Below are positions 19,086 through 28,753 of a stretch of 64,000 nt of DNA, piece by piece. Location of the stretch: the sequence record OP778609; one strand, written 5' to 3'. Below the pieces are notes generated by a model. The model had not been told where the DNA came from. It searched no databases and saw only the letters and a program-made list of their open reading frames with translations. Origin of the DNA: Escherichia phage A73. Position numbers and translations under genes: made by a program. How positions within the stretch are numbered: the first letter of the stretch is position 1; each line of letters opens with the position of its first letter.

Positions 19086-19409
19086 TTATTCTCCTTTGTT
19101 CAGTGTGGATACGAATTCGATATAAGATTCTGCATTTCGTTTATGATAAATCTTAGGGTAACTTTCGGTTACTTTGCTGTATTTGATGTATCGCTCAAAC
19201 ATACCGACGACACCACCAATGGAATGCACAACAACGCCCTCTTCACCAACAAAGGTAACAACCTCTACGAATGGAGTATTATCGTAAGAGCGATTTACAA
19301 TCAGGTCGCCAACTTCAAATTCGATTTTATCATTTTGTGAGTAGTACATTTGTTTTCTCCTTTCTGTTTGGTATGGGAGAAGTATAGGGGAGTTTGATGA
19401 GGGTGTCAA
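19086..19409 (-). CDS. hypothetical protein
   Basis: 107-aa ORF. Confidence 0.45.
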   Translation of the reverse strand: MTPSSNSPILLPYQTERRKQMYYSQNDKIEFEVGDLIVNRSYDNTPFVEVVTFVGEEGVVVHSIGGVVGMFERYIKYSKVTESYPKIYHKRNAESYIEFVSTLNKGE

Positions 19410-19411
19410 TA

Positions 19412-19440
19412 GAAAAAACCGCCCGAAGGCGGTTTATTTT
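19412..19440 (-). terminator. rho-independent terminator (bidirectional-capable)
   Basis: AACCGCCCGAAGGCGGTT hairpin flanked by an A-run and a T-run, just downstream of the primase-helicase stop. Confidence 0.7.
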
Positions 19441-19445
19441 TAGGA

Positions 19446-21491
19446 TCAGAAAGGTGCGTCGTCGTCCCAATCATCCGGCTCTGTGTCCGGCACATCAGGA
19501 ATATCACCTGTGGATTCAACGATACTTTGTTGTTCCCACGTAGGTTCTTCTGAAGGTTGTTCCATTTCTTCCATAACCTTCTTGATCTCTTCCTCTTGCT
19601 CACGCAGGAAGTTATCATCCGGCTCAGGAATATCTTCCTCTTTAATATCTGAACGAGTGAGATCACTGTTTTGTTCAGACAGAGGTTGAATCTCTGCTGC
19701 TTTAGGCTTAAAGTCTGGAGAACGATGATCATCTTCTGGATGAGCGGCATACCACTCACGAAGAGTTTCATAAGGACTCTCTAAGAAGCCCTCTGGCGGT
19801 TCCAGATAATCACCCGTGTCAATGTCATAGAACACAGGGAATTTACCAGCACGACCGTGTTTACGGTCATCCAGAATAACAAAGTAAGAAGTGTTACGTT
19901 GTTTCATCGGGAGTTCTGGATCTTTGTTACGTTCAATACCCCACATGTAATAAGTGTTACGCATCATTGCACGGCTACCAGCAAACTGCGCTGACTGGAC
20001 TTGACCACCAAATTCATGAGGCTTACCAGATTCAGGCTTGTTAAGGTGACAGAAGCAATAATAGGTAAAGCCAAGCTCTTTTGCCAGTTTGGAGATCTCA
20101 TCAGAGAATCGTTCCAGTTCCTGGTTAGCTTCGGAAGCACTCATACCTTGCACAAGACGAGTGATTGGGTCAATAAAGATATCTTCACAACCTTCTACGA
20201 TCACTGCGTGACGGATAGCACCTTTCAGTTCATCCCATACTGCACGACCATAGTTGTTATAATAGATAACACTATCACCAACTTCATCAGTAGCCTTGAT
20301 CAGTTCTTCTTGCTTAAAGTAGCCACGTTGACCTTCAAATACTTCATTACCCCAAATGTCACGGAAAGTTCCATCTTCTTGAGGAATCATTACCTTTTCT
20401 GCGTTAACAAAGTCTTTATGATAACGCTTACCTGCGATCTTTTTACAGGTAATTTCGTTCTCTTCTTCAAACTTAAACACCGCAGCCTTTGACTTCTCAA
20501 TGCCTGTAATGTGTTCTACCATCTGGTTAAGAAGTTCACTCTTACCCATCTTGACCCCAGCCCCGATAAAGTAACCTTCACCTGGGCGACGGCCTAAAGT
20601 AAGCTTGGTCATGGTAGGCCAAGGGAATTTCTTACCAAGTTTAGGGATCTCATGGGCTTTTTCACGGAACTGTGAATAAGTCGAGAAACCATCCGGCACA
20701 TATTCCTTTGGCTTCATTGCAGCCCAAAACAACTGATCAGAAAGTCCTTTGTTATACATGTCGCAAGGGTCCATATCTTCTGGAATGTCCACGACTTTCA
20801 TTTGTGGAATTACAGAGTATACCGCTGCAACTGCATCTTTACCTTTCATGATCCCTTTGGCCTTCTCTGCCTCTGTTGCACGGTCAGCGTCGAAAGCTAC
20901 GATAATCTCTTCAAACTTACTCAGAAGCTTATAGTTATTCTTCTGTGATAAGTTTTGCACGGCATTGGATGTACCGTTAGAGATTGATACTACGGTGAAG
21001 TTAGGTTTACGGGTGGAACCATCCTTCGGTTTGTACTTCTCTGTCAATACCTGCCACAAGATTGCAGCATCATATTCACCTTCAGTGATAAAGATCATAC
21101 GTTTGGAAGACTTATTTGCACCTTCCAGCCCAAACATATCACAAGCCACAGATTGGAAACCAATAGTTGTAAAGTGACCTTTCTGTTGCTTAGGGATCGT
21201 AAGATCACGCTTCTTAAAACCTACAACCTTACCTTCCAATGTGTACGGAAAATAATGTGCTTCTGGAGTCATACCGTCTTTAGCTGACAACTTGGTACGA
21301 ATACCAAATCGTTTAGCTGTCTTTTCGTCGATACCACGCTCAGGGATACTTTTACACGGATAAGTCAATACGTCTTCAACTGTTTCTTCCACACGAGACA
21401 CACCACCACCATAATTACGTGCTACTGAAGCTTTAGGATTTTTATGTCCAAACTTATAACCGCCAAACAGACTTTCGCCAATAGTGCTCAT
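19446..21491 (-). CDS. T7 gp4-like primase-helicase (TOPRIM plus DnaB-like helicase) with acidic C-terminal tail
   Basis: 681 aa; TOPRIM ITEGEYDAAIL and FDADRAT; Walker A GAGVKMGKSE; CHLNKPESGKPHE; long acidic tail ending DDWDDDAPF; no N-terminal Cys4 zinc-binding domain. Confidence 0.85.
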   Translation of the reverse strand: MSTIGESLFGGYKFGHKNPKASVARNYGGGVSRVEETVEDVLTYPCKSIPERGIDEKTAKRFGIRTKLSAKDGMTPEAHYFPYTLEGKVVGFKKRDLTIPKQQKGHFTTIGFQSVACDMFGLEGANKSSKRMIFITEGEYDAAILWQVLTEKYKPKDGSTRKPNFTVVSISNGTSNAVQNLSQKNNYKLLSKFEEIIVAFDADRATEAEKAKGIMKGKDAVAAVYSVIPQMKVVDIPEDMDPCDMYNKGLSDQLFWAAMKPKEYVPDGFSTYSQFREKAHEIPKLGKKFPWPTMTKLTLGRRPGEGYFIGAGVKMGKSELLNQMVEHITGIEKSKAAVFKFEEENEITCKKIAGKRYHKDFVNAEKVMIPQEDGTFRDIWGNEVFEGQRGYFKQEELIKATDEVGDSVIYYNNYGRAVWDELKGAIRHAVIVEGCEDIFIDPITRLVQGMSASEANQELERFSDEISKLAKELGFTYYCFCHLNKPESGKPHEFGGQVQSAQFAGSRAMMRNTYYMWGIERNKDPELPMKQRNTSYFVILDDRKHGRAGKFPVFYDIDTGDYLEPPEGFLESPYETLREWYAAHPEDDHRSPDFKPKAAEIQPLSEQNSDLTRSDIKEEDIPEPDDNFLREQEEEIKKVMEEMEQPSEEPTWEQQSIVESTGDIPDVPDTEPDDWDDDAPF

Positions 21492-21649
21492 TACTGCTCC
21501 TTGATCATTGTCGCCAAATAAATAGTGTTACCGTTTGAATTAATGCCTGCTGTTACAGGACCCATCAATTTATAACCATAATCGTAATGCTTCAGTATAT
21601 ATTTTTGAAGAGACAACAAATTTGTATACGATAGGATCTTAATGTCCAT
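21491..21649 (-). CDS. hypothetical small protein
   Basis: 52-aa ORF absent from the track (<60 aa); RBS GGAGG; start and stop overlap the flanking genes. Confidence 0.35.
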   Translation of the reverse strand: MDIKILSYTNLLSLQKYILKHYDYGYKLMGPVTAGINSNGNTIYLATMIKEQ

Positions 21650-21957
21650 CAAAAACCTCCAGTTTCTTCATCAAATGCCTGACTTACTTGTGCATCACGG
21701 ACACGTTCTTCAATACAACGATACACTACTTCATACGGGATATCAAGAGCAATTTCTTCACCATCTTCATAAACAGTGATTGAAAAAATATCTAAGTAAT
21801 CTTCGGCATCCCAATCCGACTCCGCATCTGGAATACCTTTGTACATAACAACCTCTGCTTCAACAACTACCTCTTTACCGATCGCTTTATGAAAATGTGT
21901 GAATTCGAAGTTTACTGTACGCATTTTATTTTCTCCTGATAATTTATATTTATTCAA
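21649..21957 (-). CDS. hypothetical protein
   Basis: 102-aa acidic ORF. Confidence 0.45.
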   Translation of the reverse strand: MNKYKLSGENKMRTVNFEFTHFHKAIGKEVVVEAEVVMYKGIPDAESDWDAEDYLDIFSITVYEDGEEIALDIPYEVVYRCIEERVRDAQVSQAFDEETGGF

Positions 21958-21960
21958 TTC

Positions 21961-22152
21961 TTACTTTTTGGAAATGATATGCTCTTCACGAACCTGAAGC
22001 TTAGTGCCATCTGTCATCTCGACAAGGTAGGCATTGCAAAGAATGTATTCTTGCAGCATCAAGATCTTACCATCACCTTTCTTACCATACTTTTCGCCAA
22101 CCTGATCGAAGCTTACATCATCATTGATTGCGTATTTGAACACATTATTCAT
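21961..22152 (-). CDS. hypothetical protein
   Basis: 63-aa ORF. Confidence 0.4.
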   Translation of the reverse strand: MNNVFKYAINDDVSFDQVGEKYGKKGDGKILMLQEYILCNAYLVEMTDGTKLQVREEHIISKK

Positions 22153-22352
22153 GCGTATTCAACCTCACTAATCATTTCAAAACCATCATTTTGGATCAGT
22201 GTTTTAACAAAGCCGATATTACCCTCTTCTATGTTTCTATGCAACCACATATACCCTTCAGCACAGTAAAGATTAACACCGTAACCTAGTTTAGCTGCTC
22301 GTTCAAAATCACCACTTTCTTTCTTAACCAAACAACGAACCGTCTTTTTCAT
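22149..22352 (-). CDS. hypothetical protein
   Basis: 67-aa ORF. Confidence 0.4.
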   Translation of the reverse strand: MKKTVRCLVKKESGDFERAAKLGYGVNLYCAEGYMWLHRNIEEGNIGFVKTLIQNDGFEMISEVEYA

Positions 22353-22516
22353 CAGTCTTTCCCCTTATGATCAGGAACAACGTGTTTATTGATTACCTTA
22401 ACAAGACGTTCCCGTAATTGTTGTGTATGACCATACTTTGAAACAGTTTCCATAATCTCACCAATGTACTTATTGAACAGATGAGGTGGAATTTTTAACT
22501 TTTCAAGTTGGTCCAT
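22352..22516 (-). CDS. hypothetical protein
   Basis: Start set at the internal Met with RBS GAGGA; track ORF 22352-22582. Confidence 0.35.
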   Translation of the reverse strand: MDQLEKLKIPPHLFNKYIGEIMETVSKYGHTQQLRERLVKVINKHVVPDHKGKD

Positions 22517-22517
22517 A

Positions 22518-22742
22518 TCAATCCTCAATAATTTCAAGCTTACCGTTAATAGTATACAGAGTTGTCGCCTTCTCTTCAACAACTTTTAACGCGTTAATGA
22601 CAGAATCATAAAACTCTTCAGATTCCTTAACTTCTTGTTTGCACTTCTTGATATGGTCGGCACTAATATCACGAAGACTCAACAGTTGTGCACGATTAAG
22701 TACAGACAAGTCTACAGAAAAATCATCAACTTTAAAACTCAT
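22518..22742 (-). CDS. hypothetical protein
   Basis: 74-aa ORF. Confidence 0.4.
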   Translation of the reverse strand: MSFKVDDFSVDLSVLNRAQLLSLRDISADHIKKCKQEVKESEEFYDSVINALKVVEEKATTLYTINGKLEIIED

Positions 22743-22824
22743 ATTTAATCTCCTTGTTTGTGTTCAGTTACTTTATCACTTTGAGAGAAAGATGCAACAA
22801 GATTATCGCATCTTTTTTAATTAT

Positions 22825-24183
22825 TTACTGGTTATTGAAAATACTCGGGAACTTCTCGTGATAGAAGTCTACAACATCCTGATCAACGATGATATCTTTT
22901 ACTCGCAGACGCTTCATCAGGCGAAGACCTTCTACGGATGTGGCACGAGATAGCATGACGTAGGCTTGCCCAGGTGTAAAAGTACCAAAACCAAGATCAA
23001 TATTTACTTTACCCAAGGTAAGACCCTGCGCTTTATGACCCGTGATTGCATAACCTAACTTAAATGGGTACTGGATATACTCACCGATAGATTTATCAAC
23101 AAGAACAGTTTTTTCAACCATCTTCTTGATCGTCTTTTTGGTTCCGTCCGGCATATCCACCTCTTCCTCTTCAAGCATCATCTTTTTCTCAGGTACTTGA
23201 GCAACGTTGTTCCATGTTGCAGGGCCTATTGGGACCATCTTGCCATCGATATCTACAACAACAAAGGTTTTTGCGATACGACGAACAATGCCGACTGTAC
23301 CGTTGACATAATCAGGCACTTTCTTCTTCTGATCATTGTCGTTAACAACAATCATTACTTTAAGACCTTCCTTGAGAAAGAGTTTTTCATTAACTGGACG
23401 TTCAACAAACTCACCAGTAATACGGGCATTAAATTCATGCTGTTCAGCATTAATCTTTGCGTACTCTTTGTTGTTAATCTCTTCTGCCAGCTTGTTTGTG
23501 GTAGTTAAAGTTACTGCCCCGTCAAGTGGACGACCAAAGCAACGCTGGTTAAAGAAGTTAACGGCATCAGGGATGTTTTTCCCGATACGAATATTGTTCA
23601 GGTGTTCTGCAAACACTGGATCACTTTGACGATGAACTTTAGGAAGATAAGCATAGGTCAGATTCAAAGATTCCCAAGTTTCACACCCAAAAGGAATTTC
23701 TTTCCCGTGCAGTTCACGGAACAAAGGAACTTCTTCTTTCTTAAGTACAGGCTTGATCTGGAAGCCGTCACCAAACATGATGATCTGGAGTCCACCAAAA
23801 GGCTTATCGGATTTACGATGGTGGCGAAGTTTCATATCGATTTCTTTCAGTTTGTCACTTCTAGTCATACCGATCTCATCGAACACGATACCATCGAGTG
23901 CATCAGATGCCATAAGCATAGCTGCCTTTTTAGATTTTGCTTTATAATCCTCGGAAGTTGTGACACCAAAGGTTAAACCAAACGCTTTATGGGTAGTAAC
24001 ACCACGGATGTTTAATGATGCCACGCCTGTTGGACCAACAAACAGAAAACTATCAGCAAAGAAGTCACGCAGTGCTGCGATCATCATACTTTTACCACTA
24101 CCACCAGGTCCGGTGATAAAAACGTTTTCCCCATTCATGATTGCTTGCATTGCCGCTTCGTTACCGATCACTGTCTTAGTCAT
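22825..24183 (-). CDS. Dda/Pif1/RecD-like SF1B DNA helicase
   Basis: 452 aa; Walker A GPGGSGKS, motif II VFDEIGM, GDGFQ, HKAQGLT, YVMLSRAT. Confidence 0.8.
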   Translation of the reverse strand: MTKTVIGNEAAMQAIMNGENVFITGPGGSGKSMMIAALRDFFADSFLFVGPTGVASLNIRGVTTHKAFGLTFGVTTSEDYKAKSKKAAMLMASDALDGIVFDEIGMTRSDKLKEIDMKLRHHRKSDKPFGGLQIIMFGDGFQIKPVLKKEEVPLFRELHGKEIPFGCETWESLNLTYAYLPKVHRQSDPVFAEHLNNIRIGKNIPDAVNFFNQRCFGRPLDGAVTLTTTNKLAEEINNKEYAKINAEQHEFNARITGEFVERPVNEKLFLKEGLKVMIVVNDNDQKKKVPDYVNGTVGIVRRIAKTFVVVDIDGKMVPIGPATWNNVAQVPEKKMMLEEEEVDMPDGTKKTIKKMVEKTVLVDKSIGEYIQYPFKLGYAITGHKAQGLTLGKVNIDLGFGTFTPGQAYVMLSRATSVEGLRLMKRLRVKDIIVDQDVVDFYHEKFPSIFNNQ

Positions 24184-24373
24184 TATTTAGTTCCTCATAT
24201 TCGTATGGGTAGATTTGATACTCTTTGTTGTCTTTTAGTGCGACGGCTGTAACACTTTCAACGTAAAAATCATCATCATAGTGTATTTCCTCAATTACGA
24301 GAATATCACCTTTCTTTGGATGATCATCACGATCACTGAAATCATTTAATAGCTTTATTTTTACGTTTTTCAT
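24176..24373 (-). CDS. hypothetical protein
   Basis: 65-aa acidic ORF. Confidence 0.4.
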   Translation of the reverse strand: MKNVKIKLLNDFSDRDDHPKKGDILVIEEIHYDDDFYVESVTAVALKDNKEYQIYPYEYEELNND

Positions 24374-24554
24374 ACAACATCTCCGCTGCTACAAGTGATA
24401 AGATCATTGCCATATACATCACAATAGAGGTCACACTGATTTGAATGAATAGTTCATCAGTAACATGATTGAAGTAAACATTCTTTACATATCGAACCCC
24501 TATAAGCCAAAATGCCATCACCACAGCAAATGTTAGTATCATACGTTTTATCAT
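24342..24554 (-). CDS. holin-like small membrane protein
   Basis: 70 aa; two TM helices and a charged C-terminus EKRKNKAIK; ATGA overlap with the hydrolase gene. Confidence 0.45.
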   Translation of the reverse strand: MIKRMILTFAVVMAFWLIGVRYVKNVYFNHVTDELFIQISVTSIVMYMAMILSLVAAEMLYEKRKNKAIK

Positions 24555-25066
24555 TTCTTCTTCTCCTCTTTGTCTTTATAAAAGATGTGATTTTCTATGG
24601 TTACTGTTCTTTTTAGAAGTTTACGCCAAACGGGTTTAACCTTCTTCGTATGATAATACAGAGATCCATATGTCGGGTCAAACCTTTTGTACAAAATCTC
24701 GTTATTTTTTAGCTTATGTACGAATTTTGATATACTAAGAGCACCCTCCCAAGAATCTTTATCTGTTATATTATAGGAAGATTTGGTTAGTGTCCACGAG
24801 AACTGAGAGGCTTGATACACAACACCCTTCATAGTGGTTGGGAACTTATCATGCTTCATACGATTCATGGTTACAAATGCAACAGCCATCTGACCATTAA
24901 CAGTCTCACCTCTTGCTTCCATATAGACATTACAGGCTAAGGCATTTACAGAATTATCCTTTTTCGTACATTTATGAATAACCTTCTGTGCTCTCTCTTT
25001 GGCATAAGTGACACCTGGTGCCAGAGACAGAGTACAAATCAAACCACATAAAACTAATTTTTTCAT
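24551..25066 (-). CDS. secreted cell-wall hydrolase, SleB/CwlJ family (candidate endolysin)
   Basis: 171 aa; N-terminal signal peptide; YMEARGETVNGQMAVAFVTMNRMKHDKFP and GSLYYH match the SleB catalytic-domain signature. Confidence 0.7.
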   Translation of the reverse strand: MKKLVLCGLICTLSLAPGVTYAKERAQKVIHKCTKKDNSVNALACNVYMEARGETVNGQMAVAFVTMNRMKHDKFPTTMKGVVYQASQFSWTLTKSSYNITDKDSWEGALSISKFVHKLKNNEILYKRFDPTYGSLYYHTKKVKPVWRKLLKRTVTIENHIFYKDKEEKKK

Positions 25067-25112
25067 TTTTCCTCCAATTGAGGACCCAGCTTATCACTGG
25101 GTCACCCTCTTG

Positions 25113-25499
25113 TCAACTACCTTCGATATGCTTCTGAATTTGATCAGCAATGCCTTTCCATAAACCATTAAGGAAAGGGTTACTTGTGATGATTTCGCCC
25201 AACCAAGGGCCATACAGGCGGTATACGTAGTCATCTGTGATCGCATAGATACTTCCATCACGTACAGCAAGACCACGTACAAGGGAGGTTGTTACACGAC
25301 GACCTGCAAACCCCGTCTTTTGGTATTCCAGTTCAGAATGTTCAATATAACCTACCAGATTTACCAGATTTTGAGTTCCATCAATTGCAAACCCACATTT
25401 CTTTTCAAGGTCTTCTGAAATCTTACTGACCCCCTCTAATGCGAAGTTACCTCCAAATTTTAGGCCGTACTTAGCTGCAAGTTTATCGTGCGCTGTCAT
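25113..25499 (-). CDS. hypothetical protein
   Basis: 128-aa ORF. Confidence 0.5.
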   Translation of the reverse strand: MTAHDKLAAKYGLKFGGNFALEGVSKISEDLEKKCGFAIDGTQNLVNLVGYIEHSELEYQKTGFAGRRVTTSLVRGLAVRDGSIYAITDDYVYRLYGPWLGEIITSNPFLNGLWKGIADQIQKHIEGS

Positions 25500-25690
25500 T
25501 TTACACTTTCCTTGATCAGTTGTTCAAAAGTTTCAACATCCTGAGTGATATGTGCTGTACTTCCATCACGGAAGACAACAACGGTAGTTTCTTCACCAAA
25601 ATGATTACCTTCACGAAAGAGAAGAATCTCTTCTACACGTAGAGCAACTTTAAGACCACCCTCACCTGTCAAATTTGCTTTTACGAACAT
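25496..25690 (-). CDS. hypothetical protein
   Basis: 64-aa ORF. Confidence 0.4.
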   Translation of the reverse strand: MFVKANLTGEGGLKVALRVEEILLFREGNHFGEETTVVVFRDGSTAHITQDVETFEQLIKESVK

Positions 25691-25881
25691 TATAAACCTC
25701 CCATGCTACGAAGAATAACATCTTTCATACGAATAAGAATTTCATTCTTATCCACCTCAGGAAAAATTTCAACCAGTTTAATAAGTAAACTTCTTCCACT
25801 TTTATACTCACCCGATCTTGCAAGGTGTAGAACAGTTCTTGCAAACTCTAACTCGTCTAAAGGTACTTTTCCTTCAACCAT
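25690..25881 (-). CDS. hypothetical protein
   Basis: 63-aa ORF. Confidence 0.4.
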   Translation of the reverse strand: MVEGKVPLDELEFARTVLHLARSGEYKSGRSLLIKLVEIFPEVDKNEILIRMKDVILRSMGGL

Positions 25882-26093
25882 TCCGCAGCCTCCTTCAAGT
25901 TGTCAAACACTTTATAAGCAACACCTGTATATTCTGAATCCCAATCGTCACTTGGGTCATAATCCTCGTTAATCTCTTCTACATCAACATGATACTTATT
26001 TTCGTAGTCCTTTTCAACAAGAATACGAAGATCATGATAAACAGATGCTTCAACTTGGTCTGCTATTTTATCAAAGTAATCTCGATCTGTCAT
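25857..26093 (-). CDS. hypothetical protein
   Basis: Start set at the internal Met; track ORF 25857-26135. Confidence 0.4.
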   Translation of the reverse strand: MTDRDYFDKIADQVEASVYHDLRILVEKDYENKYHVDVEEINEDYDPSDDWDSEYTGVAYKVFDNLKEAAEWLKEKYL

Positions 26094-26095
26094 CT

Positions 26096-26347
26096 TTATA
26101 CCCCACAACGTTGGAGAAAAGCTTCGCAAATGCACAAAAAATCTTCTTTTTCTACATTCTTGATATCCATACCGATCTCTTTAAAAAGTTTAGGAAGATC
26201 AAGAGCCTTCGCGTCCTTTTCTAACTTGAAATAGCCGTTCTTATCATACGGAATTTTTTGGAGGAATAGAACATCTGGATTATCAGAGCCTTTTGTTTTT
26301 GTTGCTAGATAATCATAAATATCTTCACGAGGTACTGGCTTCTTCAT
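26096..26347 (-). CDS. hypothetical protein
   Basis: 83-aa ORF. Confidence 0.4.
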   Translation of the reverse strand: MKKPVPREDIYDYLATKTKGSDNPDVLFLQKIPYDKNGYFKLEKDAKALDLPKLFKEIGMDIKNVEKEDFLCICEAFLQRCGV

Positions 26348-26348
26348 A

Positions 26349-26792
26349 TTATTCTCCTGTCAAATTTAATTTGTCACCTTTTCGCATCTCAAGGAAGGCT
26401 TTGAGATCTCCAAACTTAGTTTCCGTAAACGCAGAACCTGCCGGAGCTTTGTTATAATCCCATGTTTCCTTTGCTTCGTCAATATCTCCCACACGAGATT
26501 CAATTTTCTTTCTGAATTCGTAAACGGAATACTTTGAACGAATAACTTTCGGCGGTACGTAACGCATAATGCCTGCGTCGCTTGATCTCTTTGATAATGA
26601 AACCTTTTGTTGATGCATTTTAACACATCTTAAAACGTACTCCTCGAATTCCTTTTTAAAAGCCAGGTGAATCAAGGATTCTGGTGCAGAGAAGTGAACC
26701 TTACGATAAGACCCATCATCATCCATAAGGTAACACACTTCTGGTTTTCCTGCAAAAACTTCAACATCAAAACTTTCAATCTGGAACTTCAT
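26349..26792 (-). CDS. hypothetical protein
   Basis: 147-aa ORF. Confidence 0.5.
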   Translation of the reverse strand: MKFQIESFDVEVFAGKPEVCYLMDDDGSYRKVHFSAPESLIHLAFKKEFEEYVLRCVKMHQQKVSLSKRSSDAGIMRYVPPKVIRSKYSVYEFRKKIESRVGDIDEAKETWDYNKAPAGSAFTETKFGDLKAFLEMRKGDKLNLTGE

Positions 26793-26836
26793 AAAGTAAA
26801 ACCCCCATCGGTTAGGATAGGGGTATATTACATTGG

Positions 26837-27031
26837 TTACTCTACAGAGTCAACCGTTTCAACAAAGATAATATCACCATATTTCAGCTTACGGCGGTTG
26901 TCACCTTTGTGGGTGTGGTCCACAGGGTTAAATGATCCAATATCATTGGAATGTTTCCAGCCAGATTTAACAGAAAACTGCTTAACAACAGCAGCAAAAT
27001 CTTCCGGCTTTAACTCAATCATATGCTCCAT
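26837..27031 (-). CDS. hypothetical protein
   Basis: 64-aa ORF. Confidence 0.4.
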   Translation of the reverse strand: MEHMIELKPEDFAAVVKQFSVKSGWKHSNDIGSFNPVDHTHKGDNRRKLKYGDIIFVETVDSVE

Positions 27032-27119
27032 TACATACTCCTTTCATAAGAAATTTCTCTATAGGGGCTTCATAGAGTAAAAACCCCTATTGATTAAGAT
27101 AGAACCTATTATCAGTTAT

Positions 27120-27509
27120 TTACTCGTCAACAACTTTCCAACTCCAAAGATAACCATCTTTAGGCATAGTGGAACCTTTAACAAATATCATTTCGTCATA
27201 AAGATCATTTTCGTTAGGCAAATCTTCTAGGAGTTTAAACTCAACATTGTTATACTCATTATAGATGATTTGTGCACGGAGTTTCTTGCCTACCTTAATG
27301 GAGTTAGTTTCTGATCGAACACATTCAATAATGTATCCCTTTTCATAAGAAATTTCTTCACGAGATACCTTATAGACCTTGACCAACGCAGGAAATTCCT
27401 TTTGTATTTTCAAAGCTGTATGCTGCGCTTCTTGTTCACTATCATAACCCTTGAAGAATTTAAAAACTTCACCTTCCCACTTGATCCAGACTTCATATTC
27501 TTTTTCCAT
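27120..27509 (-). CDS. hypothetical protein
   Basis: Start set at the internal Met (MEKEYEVW); track ORF 27120-27617 overlaps the upstream gene. Confidence 0.45.
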   Translation of the reverse strand: MEKEYEVWIKWEGEVFKFFKGYDSEQEAQHTALKIQKEFPALVKVYKVSREEISYEKGYIIECVRSETNSIKVGKKLRAQIIYNEYNNVEFKLLEDLPNENDLYDEMIFVKGSTMPKDGYLWSWKVVDE

Positions 27510-27519
27510 GTATCGCCTC

Positions 27520-27837
27520 TTAAGAAATAAGTTGGATTTTTGGACCTTTTTCTTTTTCTGCTTGACGCAGGCGTTCACGAACGTACAGTTCGATATCAGT
27601 TGGTCGCCACAATTCAACTATAACCACATCGAAACGGTTTTCGTGAGCACCAGGTTGTTTATTCATGTAGCTTGCCATCAGGTCTGCACTTTCTTGATCA
27701 GCAAATACAGCTTTTGCTACGATTGGCTTACCATCTTCAGTTTGTCCCATACTCATGCTCGGAATGTTGTGACCTGCATCATTATCACGAATAGCAAACA
27801 CAAGAGTAGTTTCAGCATTTTTCAGAAAGTCAGTCAT
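27520..27837 (-). CDS. hypothetical protein
   Basis: 105-aa ORF. Confidence 0.45.
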   Translation of the reverse strand: MTDFLKNAETTLVFAIRDNDAGHNIPSMSMGQTEDGKPIVAKAVFADQESADLMASYMNKQPGAHENRFDVVIVELWRPTDIELYVRERLRQAEKEKGPKIQLIS

Positions 27838-28063
27838 TAATAATCTCCACGTCAGAATTGATATCAGTTTTATAAAACAGTCCCAGAGTTTCTGCGACCC
27901 CTATCTCTATGAAAACAGCATCCTCATACACAACTGCATCAGAGGTTGCGTATACTTTATTATAAATTGGCTGGCCTGTAAAGTCACAATCAACAATATA
28001 TTTAAACTTTTGGCCTTTCTTTACATCACGGGCCTTGATCAGCTTAACATTAATCATCGGCAC
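27830..28063 (-). CDS. hypothetical protein
   Basis: 77-aa ORF. Confidence 0.4.
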   Translation of the reverse strand: MPMINVKLIKARDVKKGQKFKYIVDCDFTGQPIYNKVYATSDAVVYEDAVFIEIGVAETLGLFYKTDINSDVEIIND

Positions 28064-28745
28064 TCCCTATTTGTAATGGTACAATACCTAAAGCTTCCAA
28101 ACCTGCCTCCACGACCTTACGATTTACAGAAGCCTCAAACTCTGCTTGTGCTTTCGCCTTAACAACCTCGGAGTTTTCCTTAAACACGTTAATCGCATGT
28201 TGAGTGATATCCGGCAGCTTTGAATGAACACGAGTGATCTTATTCTTAAGTTCAGTCAATTCTTTCTTTGTTGCCTTACCTTTCTCAATAAGTTGCTGGA
28301 CTTCAATTACGGCTTCCAGATGGTCCTTTAAAAGATCTTTTAAGTCTTTATCCACGTTCAAGCCGATCATGTCAGAACTGTTTTGTTGTCCCTCAATGCC
28401 AGGAACATATCCATCGCCCTTGATATATCTTAATGTGATTGGTACGCCTTGTCCACTATGGGATGCCACTAACTCTGCCCATTGGTAAGATGTTAATTCA
28501 ATCTCAATGACACGAGAGTTTCGTGACGTATAATAAGACGGCAAACCATAAGAAATCTCCTGGTATGCGGTATCAATACGTAAACAAACACGTTGATTAT
28601 GGGTCGTGTCTGATCCGAACATTTCCACATTCCCACCAGTTGGGTGAGTGATTGATGCCAACCCATAAGCGGGGTGTGTCTGGATTACACGCTCAAATAC
28701 GCCAGCTTCAGACAATTTTACTTCGGGCTTCATTACGTTTCTCAT
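28050..28745 (-). CDS. hypothetical protein
   Basis: 231 aa; C-terminal coiled-coil-like region. Confidence 0.55.
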   Translation of the reverse strand: MRNVMKPEVKLSEAGVFERVIQTHPAYGLASITHPTGGNVEMFGSDTTHNQRVCLRIDTAYQEISYGLPSYYTSRNSRVIEIELTSYQWAELVASHSGQGVPITLRYIKGDGYVPGIEGQQNSSDMIGLNVDKDLKDLLKDHLEAVIEVQQLIEKGKATKKELTELKNKITRVHSKLPDITQHAINVFKENSEVVKAKAQAEFEASVNRKVVEAGLEALGIVPLQIGSADD

Positions 28746-28753
28746 AAAATCCC

